DNA of 64,000 nt, taken from positions 114,516,001 through 114,580,000 of the forward strand of contig NC_086097.1 in assembly GCF_963921235.1 (NCBI RefSeq). The letters are read 5' to 3'. A program made the translations under genes and the position numbers. The stretch comes from Mobula hypostoma (Eukaryota). The notes beneath the pieces were generated by a model, which saw only the letters and a list, made by a program, of their open reading frames with translations, was not told the DNA's origin and did not search any database. This document shows positions 49,780 to 63,596 of this stretch, in pieces (positions within the stretch are counted from its first letter, which is position 1; the number at the start of each line of letters is the position of its first letter).

Positions 49780-50072
49780 GTTTTATTCATTTATTTAGTA
49801 TTGAGATACACCGTGGAGTAGGTCCTTCTGGAACTTCGAGCCACACTGCCCAGCAATCCTCCAATTTAGTCCTAGCCTAATCATGGGACAATTTACAATG
49901 AACAATTAACCTACCAACCAGTATGTCTTTGGGCTGTGGGAGGAAAGCGAAGCACCCGGAGGAAACCCACGCATTCACAGGGAGATTGTACAAAATCCTT
50001 ACAGGCAGTTGCAGGAATTGAACCTGGGTTGCAGGTACTATAAAGCGTTGTGTTGTTACGTGTGTTAAACCA
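49780..50072 (-). mobile_element. V-SINE-like SINE in the last TIMM21 intron
   Basis: gggaggaaagcgaagcacccggaggaaacccacgc body; ggttcaattcc B box on the minus strand. Confidence 0.72.
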
Positions 50073-50361
50073 TGGTCTAAATTCCCATTCTTCAGTATGC
50101 ACTGATTTACACCTCTGCTACCAACCTACTTCGAGACCCCCACTAATAACAAACCACACAGCTATCACTCTTGCCTGGATTACCCCAGCAAAGAATTTAG
50201 CATGTAGCATTATATTGCCTCCAAATCCACTGAATGAAACTCAGAGGCTGTGGAAAACAAACACTTAAAAAAAACCTCAGTTTTTTCAGCTTAAAAGAAA
50301 GACCTAAGAATTAGCGAAACAGGCTACACAAAGCAGTACAAAAAGCGAAATATTAACTAAC

Positions 50362-50464
50362 CTCCTTTGCATCCAAGTGCACTGTTCCTTTTATAGGCTC
50401 AGAGCCTTCAATGTAAAATTTGAGTTGCATATGCTTCACACCATGCTTCACATACTCTATGTGA
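50362..50464 (-). CDS. timm21: TIMM21 (mitochondrial inner membrane translocase subunit Tim21), penultimate coding exon, 103 nt
   Basis: Minus strand reads ttttcttttatttcag|T CAC ATA GAG...GCA AAG GAG|gttagt, i.e. HIEYVKHGVKHMQLKFYIEGSEPIKGTVHLDAKE. This resembles the Tim21 C-terminal region (YVKDG.KH...KFYIEGSEP..GTV). Canonical AG/GT sites; joins the next exon in phase 0. Confidence 0.95.
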
Positions 50465-50761
50465 CTGAAATAAAAGAAAAACAGAAATACATCTCAAAGG
50501 TTTAAAAAGAACAAACATGGATTTATATTCCTTTTTCATATCATCAGAATATCTCAAAGAGCTTTTCAGTCAGTGACTATTGAGATATAATGAGTTTGAT
50601 TTGCTGGCACAGCTGCTGATTTTTTCTTAATATAAATATTAAGATGCTGAACATTTACTATTGACCAGAATGCTACATCATCTGGGCCATGCTACCTTCT
50701 CACTAGGCAGGAGGTATAGGTGCTTTATTCCTCCACCACCAGGTTCAACAACAGTTAGCTT

Positions 50762-51373
50762 ATGGGATGTTAGCTTTCATAAGTCGAGGGATAGAGTTTA
50801 AGAGTCGCGATGTAATGATGCAGCTCTATAAAACTCTGGTTAGGCCACACTTGGAGTACTGTGTCCAGTTCTGGTCACCTCACTATAGGAAGGATGTGGA
50901 AGCATTGGAAAGGGTACAGAGGAGATTTACCAGGATGCTGCCTGGTTTAGAGAGTATGGATTATGATCAGAGATTAAGAGAGCTAGGGCTTTACTCTCTG
51001 GAGAGAAGGAGGATGAGAAGAGCCATGACAGAGGTGTACAAGATAATAAGAGGAATAGATAGAGTGGATAGCCAGCGCCTCTTCCTCAGGGCACCACTGC
51101 TCAATACAAGAGGACATGGCTTTAAGGTAAAGGGTGGGAAGTTCAAGGGGGATATTAGAGGAAGGTTTTTTACTCAGAGAGTGGTTGGTACGTGGAATGC
51201 ACTGCCTGAGTCAGTGGTGGAGGCAGATACACTCATGAAATTTAAGAGACTACTAGACAGGAATATGTAGGAATTTAAGGTGGGGGGTTATATGGGAGGC
51301 AGGGTTTGAGGGTCAGCACAACATCGTGGGCCGAAGGGCCTGTAATGAGCTGTGCTATTCTATGTTCTACGTT
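50762..51373 (+). mobile_element. CR1 3' fragment inserted in a Rex1 3' fragment (~50670-50760 and 51375-51670)
   Basis: ORF 50767-51270 is the ORF2 C-terminus; ttctatgttct tail. Confidence 0.9.
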
Positions 51374-51899
51374 ATTAACCCTACAACCATCAGGTTCCTA
51401 AACCGGCATGGATAACTTCACTCACCTCAATTCTGAACTGATTCCACAGACTCACTAAGACAGTACAACTCAAGTTCTCAGTATTACTTATTTATTTTTT
51501 TATTTACACGATTTGTCTTTTGCATATTGGATGTCTGTCAGTCTTTATGTAAAGTTCTTCATATACTCTACTGTATTTATTCTCCTGTAAATGGCTGCAG
51601 GAAAATGAATCTTAACAAAGTGTATGGCGTCATCTACCTACTTTGGATATAAATTCACTTTGAACTTTGAATGGCAGGAAAAATCTGGTGCCTTTGAAAA
51701 AGTAAATACTATGGGATCGTTTTCATACTTAGTCAAGAAGGTAAACATCTCATCCAAAGGGCAATGCCTTCTTTATACTGTTTTGGTTGAAGTGGTGGTG
51801 TGTGATTGGTGTTGCTGCCTCATAACTTCTGGAAGTCATGCTCGATTCTGATCCTTAATGCTGTGTGAAACATGTATGTGTTATCTCCCCAACTCAATA

Positions 51900-53410
51900 A
51901 CATGCTAATTGCCGAATAGCTACCAACAGCAACCAATGGCTAATTGCTGCGTCCTCTGTTTCACGGAGACATGGCTCAATTCGGACTGGCTGGATATGGC
52001 TGTTAGACTCAAGGGCTTCTCAATCCACTGGATTGACCGGACTGCTAATTCAAAGAAGGCAAAAGGTGGGGGCATGAGGTTCATGATAAACTCTTCGTGA
52101 TGCTCAGACATAGCAGTCTTGTTGGCCTCTTGTTTCCCCAACCTGGGAACATCTCATGATTAAATGCTGTCCATTCTACTTACCAAGAGAGATCTCCTGT
52201 GTGATCCTGACCATAAGACACAGGAGCAGAATTAGGCCATTTAGCTATTCGAGTCTGCTCTGCCATTCTATCATGGCTGATCCCGGATCCCACTCAACCC
52301 CATACACTTGCCTTCTCGCCATATCCTTTGAAGACCTGACCGCTCAGGAAATGATCAACTTATGCCTTAAATATAGGCGCAGACTTGGCCTCCATCACAG
52401 TCTGTGGCAGACTTACTACTCTCTGGCTAAAAAAAAAAAATCCACCTTACCTCTGTTCTAAAGGGTGCCCCTCAATTTTGAGGCTGTACTCTCTAGTTCT
52501 GGATACCCCCACCATCACCACATCCACCCCATCCAGTCCTTTCAACATTCGGTAGGTTTCAATGAGATCCCCCGCATTCTCCTAAATTCCACTGAGTACA
52601 GGTCCAGAGGTGTTAAATGCTCCTCATATGTTAACCCCTTCATTCCCGGAATCATCCCTGTGAACCTCCTCTGGATTCTCTCTATTAACAACACATTCCT
52701 TCACATATTACCAAAGGCCAATGTTAAGAAAGCACTTCATGTATTGAGTGCCACAATTCATAAACAAAGAACTGCCTACCCTACACCTTTCAAAACTTTG
52801 CTGAGGACTTCAATCATGCTTGCTTGAAGAACTCTCTGCCCAATGATTATCTGCAGAACTAGGGGCACTTGAATGGAAAAGCCTACAAAAAGTAATGGAT
52901 ATGGTCCAGTCCATCACAGGTAAAGCCCTCCCCACCATTGAGCACATCTATAAGGAGCACTGTCGCAGGAAAGCAGCGTCCATCATCAAAGACACCCACC
53001 ACACAGCCAAGCTCGCTTCTCTCTGGCTGTCAAGAAGGTGGTACAGGAGCTCAGGACCCACACCACCAGGTTCAGGAACAGTTATTAGCTCCTCAACCAT
53101 CAGACTCTTGAAGCACAATGGATAACTTCACTCACCCCATGACTGAACTATTCCCGCAACCTATGAACTCACTTTCAAGGACTGATCGTCTCATGTTCTT
53201 AATATTTATGGCATTATTATTATTATTATTTTGTTTTGATCTATTTTCATTTGGTGTTTGCACATTGTTGTCTTTTGCGCATTGTGGTGTGCTGTTTTTC
53301 ATTGATTCTATTGTGTTTCTTTGTATTTACAGTCAATGCCCGCAAGAAAATGAATCTCAGGGTAATATATTGTGACATATATATAATTTGGTAATAAATT
53401 TACTTTGATT
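51900..53410 (+). mobile_element. Deleted Rex1/Babar LINE (endonuclease and 3' end) interrupted by a minus-strand CR1 3' fragment (~52211-52700)
   Basis: VLCFTETWLN, GGGM.FMIN, KCCPFYLPRE, RKAASIIKD; CR1 tail accataagac. Confidence 0.85.
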
Positions 53411-54533
53411 GTGATTTGACTAACCAAAGATACCAGGAGAGATACTAGGAGAAATATACTAGAAAAGGTTGGTGGGGGATTGGGAGGGTTAGAAGTAAAT
53501 ATGTAGACATAAATCGAATAGGGTTATGGTAGTGGGTGTAGGAAGATATTAGGAGAGATCGGTGGGGGATGGGTTGTGGTTGGGGGGAGGGGGAGGTGGT
53601 TGATGTGAGTGAGAAAAGTAAGTGAAAGAATGGGATTGACAGGTCCTGACAGCCACCAAGCTCTACTCAGGTCAAGAGGCCTCCAGCAAATTTGTAAGGA
53701 AATAGGGCTCTTATTCAAGATTATTGCAGGTCAGAGAGTATGTCCTAAAATTTCCCAATTCAAAGGTGAAAGAGATACCATGAAATGAGTGTTGAAAAAT
53801 ATGTTTAAATGTTATTTGAATGTTTTGGTGAAATAAATAATCTGCTGGCTCTCATCCTATGACTGATTCTCGGATTGATCCACTCTCTCGGGAGCTAATT
53901 TGTAACAGTCAAGCACAAATGATTAGCATTCTAAATGCAATTAAGCAAACCACTGCAATAGTTACCTTAAGCTTCATGCTTGGTAGCAACATGGAGCCAA
54001 CATATTTCTCCGGGTGACAATATTTTAAAGAAATAAACAAAGATATCTAAAGGAAAATAGCTGGGTTTTACCACAATCTGCAAACAGTTAGATAGGATAA
54101 ATTTGGAAATACAAGTAATGTTATGACTTAAAAACCTGTCCTTGATGTAGAACCAAAAATGAGAAAAATGAGAAAAATGAGATGTTGGAAACATTGGTTC
54201 ACAATCCCTGAGTGGCCATGACCTGGTAGGGACTGCCAAGGTAGTGAATATAGACACTGTAGAGTTGTTAAGAGATAAATTTTGGAGGTAAAATATATCA
54301 GCTTAAATTTTTAAATCAGAGTTTAGTGAGCTATCAGGCAAATCTGCCTCAGCCTTGTTTCTGATGGAAGGCCATCAAGTTGGACTGTAACCCTGCTTCT
54401 CTTTCCAAAGATGTGGCAGGACTCAACTTTTTTTCAACTTTAGTTACTGCCTATCTGCCACTTCTAACAATTTGCTCTTAGCTCAGCTCTTGAGTATTGC
54501 AAGATGTGATTAAACACAAGCTCACATAAAATT

Positions 54534-54666
54534 CAAACACGAGGAAATCTGCAGATGCTGGAAATTCAAGCAACACACACACAAAATGCTGGTGAGCGCA
54601 GCAGGCCAGGCAGCATCTCTAGGAAGAGGTACAGTCGACGTTTTAGGCTGAGACCCTTCGTCAGGA
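54534..54666 (-). mobile_element. 133-bp Penelope-like retroposed unit with hammerhead-like motif at its 5' end (54633-54668)
   Basis: 13-bp TSD CTCACATAAAATT (54521-54533 and 54667-54679); minus strand agtc-CTGACGA-agggtctcagcct-aAAA-CG-TC-gact. Confidence 0.85.
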
Positions 54667-55078
54667 CTCACATAAAATTTCTGTCAGTTTACAGGCACAC
54701 ACTTTGTGCAACTGGATCCGCAATTTCCTCAATTACAGACCCCAGTTAGTTCAGATTGGCAACAACATCTATTCCGCAATCTTTATCAGCACCGACGCAC
54801 CACCAGACTGTGTGCTCAGCCCCCTGCTCTACTTGTGTTATACTTATGACCTAATACCATATTAAAATTTGCTGATGACTTCACAGTCCTTTGGCCGAAT
54901 CAAAGTTGGTGATGATTCAGCATATAGGAGGGAGATTGAAAATCTAGCTGAGTGGTGCCACAACAACCACCTCTCACTCAAGGTAATACATACAAAATGC
55001 TGGAGGAACTCAGCTGGCCAGGCAGGATTTATGGAAAAGAGTAAAATAGTTTAATTTTTTCCATAGGTGCTGCCTGAC

Positions 55079-58000
55079 TGTTACATGCCTCAAGGAGATC
55101 TGTGTTTTTTTTTGTGAGAATGATGTAGTGGTCTTTTGAAGGTCACCTGATGTAATTTTCCCGCCGATGTGAAGGTCACGTGATGACATGTGCACACGGG
55201 TATATAAGGGTAGACCCCAGATGACGCAGTTAGTTTTTAGTTTTTAGATTTCCAGATAGAACGTGCTGTGTCTCCGTTTCTGTTGTGTGCTTGTTTTTGC
55301 GACACATTTCATTTTTAAAATGGAGTGTTGCGTTCTATTGCAAGATACAGTATTATTAGACTGGAAATTTTTGGCCAGATGTGCTGATTTTCCCTATGCC
55401 AACAGTAGAAGGGAGAGTGAAGACTTTATCGAAGTACAGGACTGAAGGATTGAGAGGAGTTGGCATCGTTCAGCAGTTTAACAAAGGATCGACCTTATTG
55501 AGTCCTCGTTGAAGGAGTAGCGACCTTTATCGGAGATAACTCTTGCCAAAAGAGCAAAGAGTTCATGCAAAGGTTTGCTCTCTCTAAAAGAAATTAAAGT
55601 CAGTTGTTTAAAGCTGTTTATTTACTGCATTGCGAATCCTTCGGACAGAACCAGCAGGAAAGTCACGTCTATGAAGAAATCCTTCTCCAGAGAAGTCTCT
55701 CCCAATTGAACGTATAAGTCTGTGGGACTTGCGAATTTACCATTTTACAAACTATATCTGACTTTACCTCTTTAAGAACTTTTTCTGCATTTAACACTTT
55801 AAGAACCAGTGCCGAGTGACCACTTGTTGAACGGCTGCATAGCAGTTAACTTCTGGTTAAGGTTTTCGTTTGTTTTTTTTCTTTATTGTTTATGTGTTTA
55901 ATAAATGTTTGGTTGTTTTTATATAACCTGTCTCGATTGATATTCATTGTTGCTGGTTACGTAACATAATCTGCGGGGGCTCACGGGTGATGTTCCGATT
56001 TTGAGTGTAAGTGCTGGTAATTGCCATTTTGATTTGGAAAAGGGAAATATCCGATTTTTTTTAGTTTGGTTGGTGTGTGTGTTGTATTCGGCAACAATGG
56101 ATATTGACGGGTTTATGGAGACGCCTAACTCGGGGTCTTTAGAGAATGCGAGAAAACCTGAGGTATTTGAGATTGCGAGGAAGTTGGATATTAAAGGAAT
56201 TACGAGGAATTCCGCCAAGGCTTTCATACAAAGAAAAATCACCGAGCACTATATTAATTTGAAATTGTTTGATGAGGAGATGTTAGGTAAGTTTGCAATG
56301 AGTAAGCTGGAAATGCAGTTACATCTTGAACAAATAAAGTTAAAGCAATTAGAAGCTGATTTGGAAGAGAGTTGGTTAGAAGCTGTAAATAAACAGAAGG
56401 AATTCGAAGCTAGGGAGGCTATTAAAATAAGGGAATTTGAAGAAAGAGAGGCTCTTAAAAAAAAAAGGAAATTTGAAGAAAAAGAAGCTGAAAACCAGAG
56501 GAAATTTGAGCTAGAGATGCAGAAATTAAAGTCCGGGAATCAGTCTTCTGGTTCTACGAAACAGTTTATTGCTAGTCGTGAGGTTATTTCGGCTCCTCCA
56601 TTTAATGAAGCTGAAGTGGACAAATATTTCCAGCATTTTGAAACTATTGCTCTAGTTTAAAGCGGCTGAAAGACCAATGGCCAGTGATGTTACAAAGTGT
56701 ACTCAAAGGCAAGGCACAACAAGTTTATACAGCTTTAGATGCTGAGCAAGCACAGGATTATGATATTGTTAAGCAGCATGTATTAAAGGTGTATGAGATG
56801 GTTCCGGAAACGTATAGAGAAAGATTGAGAAATGTGAAGAAATCGGTGGAAAAAACTTATGTGGAGTTTGCCTATGAGAAATCTGTGTGTTTTGAGAGAT
56901 GGGTTTCCTCTAAAAATGTGAATGGGGAGTACAATAAATTAAAAGAGTTGATTTTGCAGGAGGAATTTAAGAGAAGCATTCCTGTTGGAAGTGAGAACAT
57001 ACTTAAATGAACGGGACACTGCTGCATTGCAGGAGATTGCTAAGTTAGCTGATGAGTACGTTTTAATTCACAAGAATAAATTTTGTCCAGGTAAAATTTT
57101 TAAAAGGAAAAATAGCACAGAGAGTCAAGGTAAATCAGACATTAAATCTGAAGTTAGTGAGAAAAGTGAGGGTGAAGGGAGACATGTGAAGGAAAGACAT
57201 TTTGTTATTATTTGTAATTATTGTAAGAAGCCTGGACATGTAACAGCTAATTGCTTCCGATTGAAAAGGAAAGAGAAAGAAGTAGCCCCAGATACTAGTG
57301 TGCAGCATATTGAAAAAACCTGTAAAGCCACAGGGTTCAGGAAATATTAATGAAGATGTGTCAAAGTCTGACCAAGTTAAGAAGGGATATGAAAATTTTA
57401 TAACAGAAAGATTAGTATCCTTGAAAGAAGGATCCAATTCAGTACCAATAAGGATACTTAGAGATACTGGAGCTTCTCAATCACTAATATTAGACAGTGT
57501 GCTAAAGTTTAGTGATGAGTCTGACATTGGTGAGGTAAATTATATAAGAGGAGTTTGGACTGCCCTTATGCCAGCACATTTACATAGAGTAAATTTAAGG
57601 TCAGGATTAGTTACAGGGGTTGTTAAAGTAGGATTACAATCCAGTTTACCTGTGAATGATGTTTCTCTTTTGTTAGGGAATGATTTAGCAGGTGGACAAG
57701 TTTTTCCTGAAGTGCATTTGACAACAAATTCAAATTTTGAGGAACCACAGAGGGATTCTAACACAGATTCTTCCTGTGATCTAACAAGAGCTATGGCTAA
57801 AAAGACTGATGTAAAGGATGAGGTTGTTACCCATGACAGTTCAAATCAAGATTCAAATTTTGAGGATGCATCAGAAACTTTCTTACCTACATTATTTGAT
57901 CAGGATTTTGGTGGTAAGTCTGATCAGGAAGATTTGTCTTTATCTCGGAAGGAGATGAAAGCAGAGCAGGGTAGAGATCCTGTGATAGTTAAATTAAAAG

Positions 58001-61000
58001 AACAAGCTCTTCCAGATAGTGAAATTGGAATAGTACCAGTAGGATATTATTTTGAAAATGGGGTACTAATGAGAAAGTGGAGATCGCCTACAATTCCTGC
58101 TAGTGAGGAATGGGAAGTTAATCATCAGTTAGTAGTTCCTAAAATTTACCGAAATGAGATTTTAACTATGGCTCATAGTATTCCTTTGGGTGGTCATTTA
58201 GGGGTAAAGAAAACTATGAAACATAGAAACATAGAAAATAGAAAGAATAGAATAGAAAGAACAAAGTTTCTAAACATTTTTATTGGCCTAATTTAAGACA
58301 AGATGTTGCAACATTTTGTAGAACGTGTCATACGTGTCAAATTGTGTGTAAACCTAATCAGGTTAGCCAGTGGCCCCACTGCAACCAATTCCAGTATTCG
58401 GTGAGCCATTCTCAAAAATCATTGTAGACTGTGTAGGTCCATTGCCAAAAACTAAAACTGGACATCAATATTTATTAACTATTATGGGCACAGCGTCTAG
58501 GTTTCCAGAGGCAGTACCTCTTAGGAATATAACAGCCAAAACTATGACAAAGGCTCTTATAAAATGTTTTACTTATTTTGGGTTGCCTAAAGAAATACAA
58601 TCAGATCAAGGTAGTAATTTTATGTCTGGGTTGTTTCAGCAGATAGTTTATAAACTGGGAGCAAAACAGATAATTTCCTCAGCCTATCATCCAGAAGCAC
58701 AAGGAGCTTTGGAGAGATTTCATTCTACACTAAAAACTATGATTAGGACATATTGTGTGGAAAATGAAAAGGACTGGGATGAAGGTATACATTTACTACT
58801 TTTTGCAGTAAGTGAGGCAGTACAGGAATCATTAGATTTTAGTCCTTTTGAACTTGTGTTTGGACATAGAGTTTGAGGACCTTTGGCCTTGTTGAGGGAA
58901 CAGTGGATTAATAAAGAAGTACACACTAATTTTCTAGATTATGTTTTAAAATTTAAAGAAAGATTGTATAAAGCTTGTAGCTTGGCCAAGGAAAATTTAA
59001 AATTAGCTCAAGAGAAGATGAAGACTTGGTATTATAAGGAAGCTAGGATGAGGTCATTTAAGCCTGGAGATAAGGTGTTGGTTCTTTTCCCAGTGCAAAC
59101 GAACCTGTTACAAGCTAAATTTCATGGTCCTTATCAGATTAAATCTAAGGTAAATGATGTAGATTATGTGGCAAAAACGCCAGATCAGAGAAAGACAGCA
59201 CAGCTGTGTCATATAAATATGATAAAACCGTATTATGAGAGAGAAGATGCTATTATGACTGTTGTGATCAATAATGAGTCTGATCTTGATAAAAACTTAA
59301 CGGAGGATTCATCTGAAACTCAGTTTAAACCCAACATTATTTCAGTCAGGTTACCAAATTCAAAAATTCTAGAAAATATTGATGAAAAATTAGCTCATTT
59401 ACAGCCACAGCAGAGACAGCAGATGAAACAATTAATTTTTAAATATAGAGATTTATTTCCAGACGTCCCTAGAAGAACCACCGTAGCTACGCATGATGTA
59501 GTGTTGGAGATGCAAAACCAATAAAACAACATCCGTATCGAATGAACAGGGAAAAATGTGAACTTGCTGAACAAGAAATTAAGTATATGTTAGAGAATGA
59601 TATTATTAGACATTCTAATTCGAATTGGAGTTCCGCATGTGTTATGGTGCCTAAGCCAGACAATAGTATTAGGTTTTGTACGGATGACAGAAAGGTGAAT
59701 GCTGTGACAAAAACTGATGCATATCCAATCCCTAGGGTAGATGATTGTATGGGTAAAGTTGGACAGGCCAAATTCCTTACAAAAATTGATTTGTTAAAAG
59801 GTTATTGGTGTGTTCCATTGACGGATAGAGGTAGAGAGATTTCAGCATTTGTAACCCCATCTGGGTTATATGAGTATAATGTTCTTCCATTTGGGATGAA
59901 GAATGCACCAGGTATTTTTCAGAGGAGGATTAATAGTGTGATTCAGGGATTAAAAGATACAGATGCCTATATTGATGATTTAGTTACTGGAAATAATACG
60001 TGGAGGGCACATATTACTGCAGTGGAGGAACTATTTGAGAGACTTCCAAAAGTTAGCTTAACTATTAACTTAGTTAAAAGTGAATTTGGTCATGCCACTG
60101 TGACTGTTAAAGAAAAGGGTTAAGGAAATTAGACTCCAATTTAATAACACAGTCTAATGTTACAGGAGTACAATATTCTGATCACTCATATTAAGGGTAA
60201 AGATAATGTGATTGCTGATTGTTTATCTAGATGTTAAATGAACAATGAAAATTTGTTTTTTTTTGGAATGGTATTTTCACATTTGTAACACTCCTACTGT
60301 ACATTAGTTAGTAAAGTGCTGAAAGATAAGACTATATATATTATGTTGTAAGTTTTATACCTTTGTATTTTTTTTGTAAATTGTTAATTCTTAAAATTTT
60401 GTTCTTTAAAAGACCAATTTTTTTTTGGAGGTAGGTGTTACATGCTCAAGGAGATCTTTTTTTTGTGAGAATGATGTAATGGTCTTTTGGAGGTCACCTG
60501 ATGTAATGTCATGTGATGACATGTGCACCACGGTATAGAAGGGTAGACCCCAGATGATGCAGTGAGTTCTTAGTTTGTAGATTTCCAGGTAGAATGTGCT
60601 GTGCCTCCATTTCTGTTGCGTGTTTGTTTTTGTGACGCAGTTTCATCTTTAAAACGGAGTGTTGCATTCTATTGCAAGATACAATATTATTGGACAGGAA
60701 ATTTTTGGCCAGATGTGCTCATTTACCCTATGCCAGCAGTAGAAGGGAGAGTGAAGACTTTATTGAAGTACAGGACCGAAAGATTGAGAGGAGTCGGCAT
60801 CGTTCGGCAGTTTAACAAAGGATCGACCTTATTGAGTCTTCGTTGAAGGAGTAGCGACCTGCATCGGAGATAACTTTTGCCAAAAGAGCGAAGAGTTCAT
60901 GCAAAGGTTTGTTCTCTCTAAAAGAAATTAAGGTCAGTTGTTTTAAACTGTTTATTTACTGCATTGTGAATCATTCGAACAGAACCAGCAGGAAAGTCGC

Positions 61001-61302
61001 GTCTATGAAGAAATCCTTTTCCAGAGAAGTCTCTCCCAATTGAATGTATAAATCTGTGGGACTTTCGAAGTTACCATTTTACGAACTATATCTGACTTTA
61101 CCTCTTTAAGAACTGTTTCTGCATTTAACACTTTAAGAACCAGTGCCGAGTGACGACTTGTTGAACAGCTGAATAGCAGTTAACTTCCGGTTAAGGTTTT
61201 TGTTTGTTTTTTTTCTTTGTCGTTTATCTGTGTTTAATAAATGTTTGGTTGTTTTTATATAACCTGTCTCGATTGATATTCATTGTTGCCGGTTATGTAA
61301 CA
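55079..61302 (+). mobile_element. Gmr1-like Ty3/Gypsy retrotransposon (gag-PR-IN-RT-RH order), degenerate
   Basis: LTRs 55079-55966 and 60436-61302 (TGTTACAT...[A/C]GTAACA-type ends); TSD CTGAC; gggggctc tRNA-Pro-like PBS remnant. Gag CNYCKKPGHVTANC, PR RDTGAS, IN (GHLG, DCVGPLP, SDQGSNF, ERFHSTLK, GPY) upstream of RT (YIDD); RNase H largely deleted. Confidence 0.97.
58219..58260 (-). repeat. CR1 tail-only micro-insertion in the Gmr1 integrase
   Basis: gaaacatagaaacatagaaaatag, identical to the young CR1 3' end, plus tagaa repeats; interrupts GHLGVKKTM|NKVSKHFYWP. Confidence 0.8.
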
Positions 61303-62057
61303 CTGACCCACTGAGTTCCTCCAGCACTTTGTGTGTATTATTTGACTTCCAGCATCTTTTTCTTTGTGAACTTCTCACTCAATGTCAGCAAGGCCAAGGA
61401 GTTGATTATTGACTTCAGGAGGAGGAACCCAGAGGTCCATGAGCCAGTTCATATCAGGGTGTCAGAGGTGAAGAGGATCAGCAACTTTAAATTCCCTGGT
61501 GTAATTAGTCCAGAGGATCTGTCCTGGGTCCGTGTAAGTGTCAATATGAAGACAGCACAGCGGCTCCTCTATTTTCTTAAAAGTTCTCAAATAATTCAAG
61601 ATGTCATCTAAGACTTTGACAAACTTCTATAGATGTGCAGTGGAGAGCACACTGACTGGCTGCATCTCGGCTTGGTATAGAAACTCCGATGCCCTTGAAA
61701 AGTCTACCAAAAAGCCCAGTCTATCATGGGTAAAGCCCTCCCCACCTTTAAGCACATCTACAAGGAGCACTGTAACAGAAAAGCAGCATCCATCAAGGAC
61801 CCACACCACTAGACCATGTTCTCTTCTCACTGCTGCCAACAAGAAAGAGAAACAGGACCCACACCACCAGGTTCAGGAACACTATTAACTCTCAACCATC
61901 AGGTTCTTGTACCAGACAGGATAACTTCACTCACCAATTACTGAACAGTTCCCACAACCTAGGGAATCGCTTTCAATGGCTCATCATCTCATGTTCTTTA
62001 GATTTATTGCTTATTTATTTATTTATTTGTATTATTATTTTTTGTTTGCACTTTGTA

Positions 62058-63596
62058 CAAACCCCATTTCCAGAAAAGTTGGGATATTTTCCAAAATGCA
62101 ATAAAAACAAAAATCTGTGATGTGTTAATTCACGTGAACCTTTATTTAACTGACAAAAGTACAAAGAAAAGATTTTCAATAGTTTTACTGACCAACTTAA
62201 TTGTATTTTGTAAACATACACAAATTTAGAATTTGATGGCTGCAACACACCCAACAAAAGTTGGGACAGTAGCATGTTTACCATTGTGTTACATCACCTT
62301 TCCTTTTAATAACACTTTTTAATCGTTTTGGAACTGAGAATACTAATTGTAGTAGATTTGCAATTGGAAAATTTGTCCATTCTTGCTTGATATAAGACTT
62401 CAGCTGCTCAGCAGTCCGTGGTCTCCGTTGTCTGATTCTCCTCTTCATGATGCACCATACATTTTCAATAGGAGATAGATCTGGACTGGCAGCAGGCCAG
62501 TCAAGCACACGCACTCTGTGTCTACAAAGCCACGCTGTTGTAGCCCGTGCAGAATGTGGTCTGGCATTGTCCTGTTGAAATAAGCATGGACATCCCGGGA
62601 AGAGACGTCGCCTTGATGGCAACATAAGTCTCTCTAAAATCCTAATATACACCTCAGAGTCAATGGTACCTTCACATACATGCAACTCACTCATGCATAA
62701 CAATCTGGATGGTCGTTTTCATCTTTGGCACGGAGAACTCGACGCCCGTTTTTTCTGAAAACTAGCGGAAGTGTGGACTCATCTGACCACAGCACACGGT
62801 TCCAGTCTTTCGGTCCATCTGAGATGAGCTTGGTCCCAGAGAACTCACTGGCGTTTCTGCATAGTGTTGATGTATGGCGTCCTCCTTGCGTAATACAGTT
62901 TCAAGTTGCATTTCTGGATGCAGCGACGGACTGTGTTGAGTGACAATGGTTTTCCGAAGTACTCCCGAGCCCAGGTGGCTATACTTGTCACAGTAGCATG
63001 ACGGTTTCTTAGACAGTGCCGCCTGAGGGCTCGAAGACCACGCGCATTCAGCAGTGGTTTCCAACCTTGCCCTTTACGCACTGAGATGTCTCTGAATTCT
63101 CTGAATCTTTTCACAATATTATGTACTGTAGATGTTGAAAGACCTAAATTCTCTGCAATCTTGCATTGAGAAATGTTCCTTTTGAACTGACTAACAATTC
63201 TCTCACGAATTTTGGCACAAAGGGGTGAGCCACAACCCTTGCTTGCAAAGACTGAGCCTTTGATGGACGCTACTTTTATACCCAGTCATGATACCTCACC
63301 TGCTACCAATTAGCCTGCTTAATGTGGAGTCTTCCAACCGGTGTTACTTGAATATTCTGTGCACTTCTCAATCTTATTTTAACTCTGTCCCAACTTTTGT
63401 TGAGCGTGTTGCAGCCATCAAATTCTAAATTTGTGTATGTTTACAAAATACAATTAAGTTGGTCAGTAAAACTATTGAAAATCTTTTCTTTGTACTTTTG
63501 TCAGTTAAATAAAGGTTCACGTGAATTAACATATCACAGACTTTTGTTTTTATTGCATTTTGGAAAATATCCCAACTTTTCTGGAAATGGGGTTTG
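62058..63596 (-). mobile_element. Tc1 DD34E transposon, IR/DR type, with frameshifted transposase
   Basis: ~208-bp TIRs (caaaccccatttccagaaaagttggga...), internal DR aaaagttggga, TA TSD; transposase pieces WSDES and QQDNARPH-(34)-SPDLSPIENVW. Confidence 0.97.

Noticed and set aside
53430..54270. Possible minus-strand L1/Tx1 relic with a (tgagaaaaa)3 duplication
   Set aside because: Peptide similarity is too weak to support by eye; needs a profile search.
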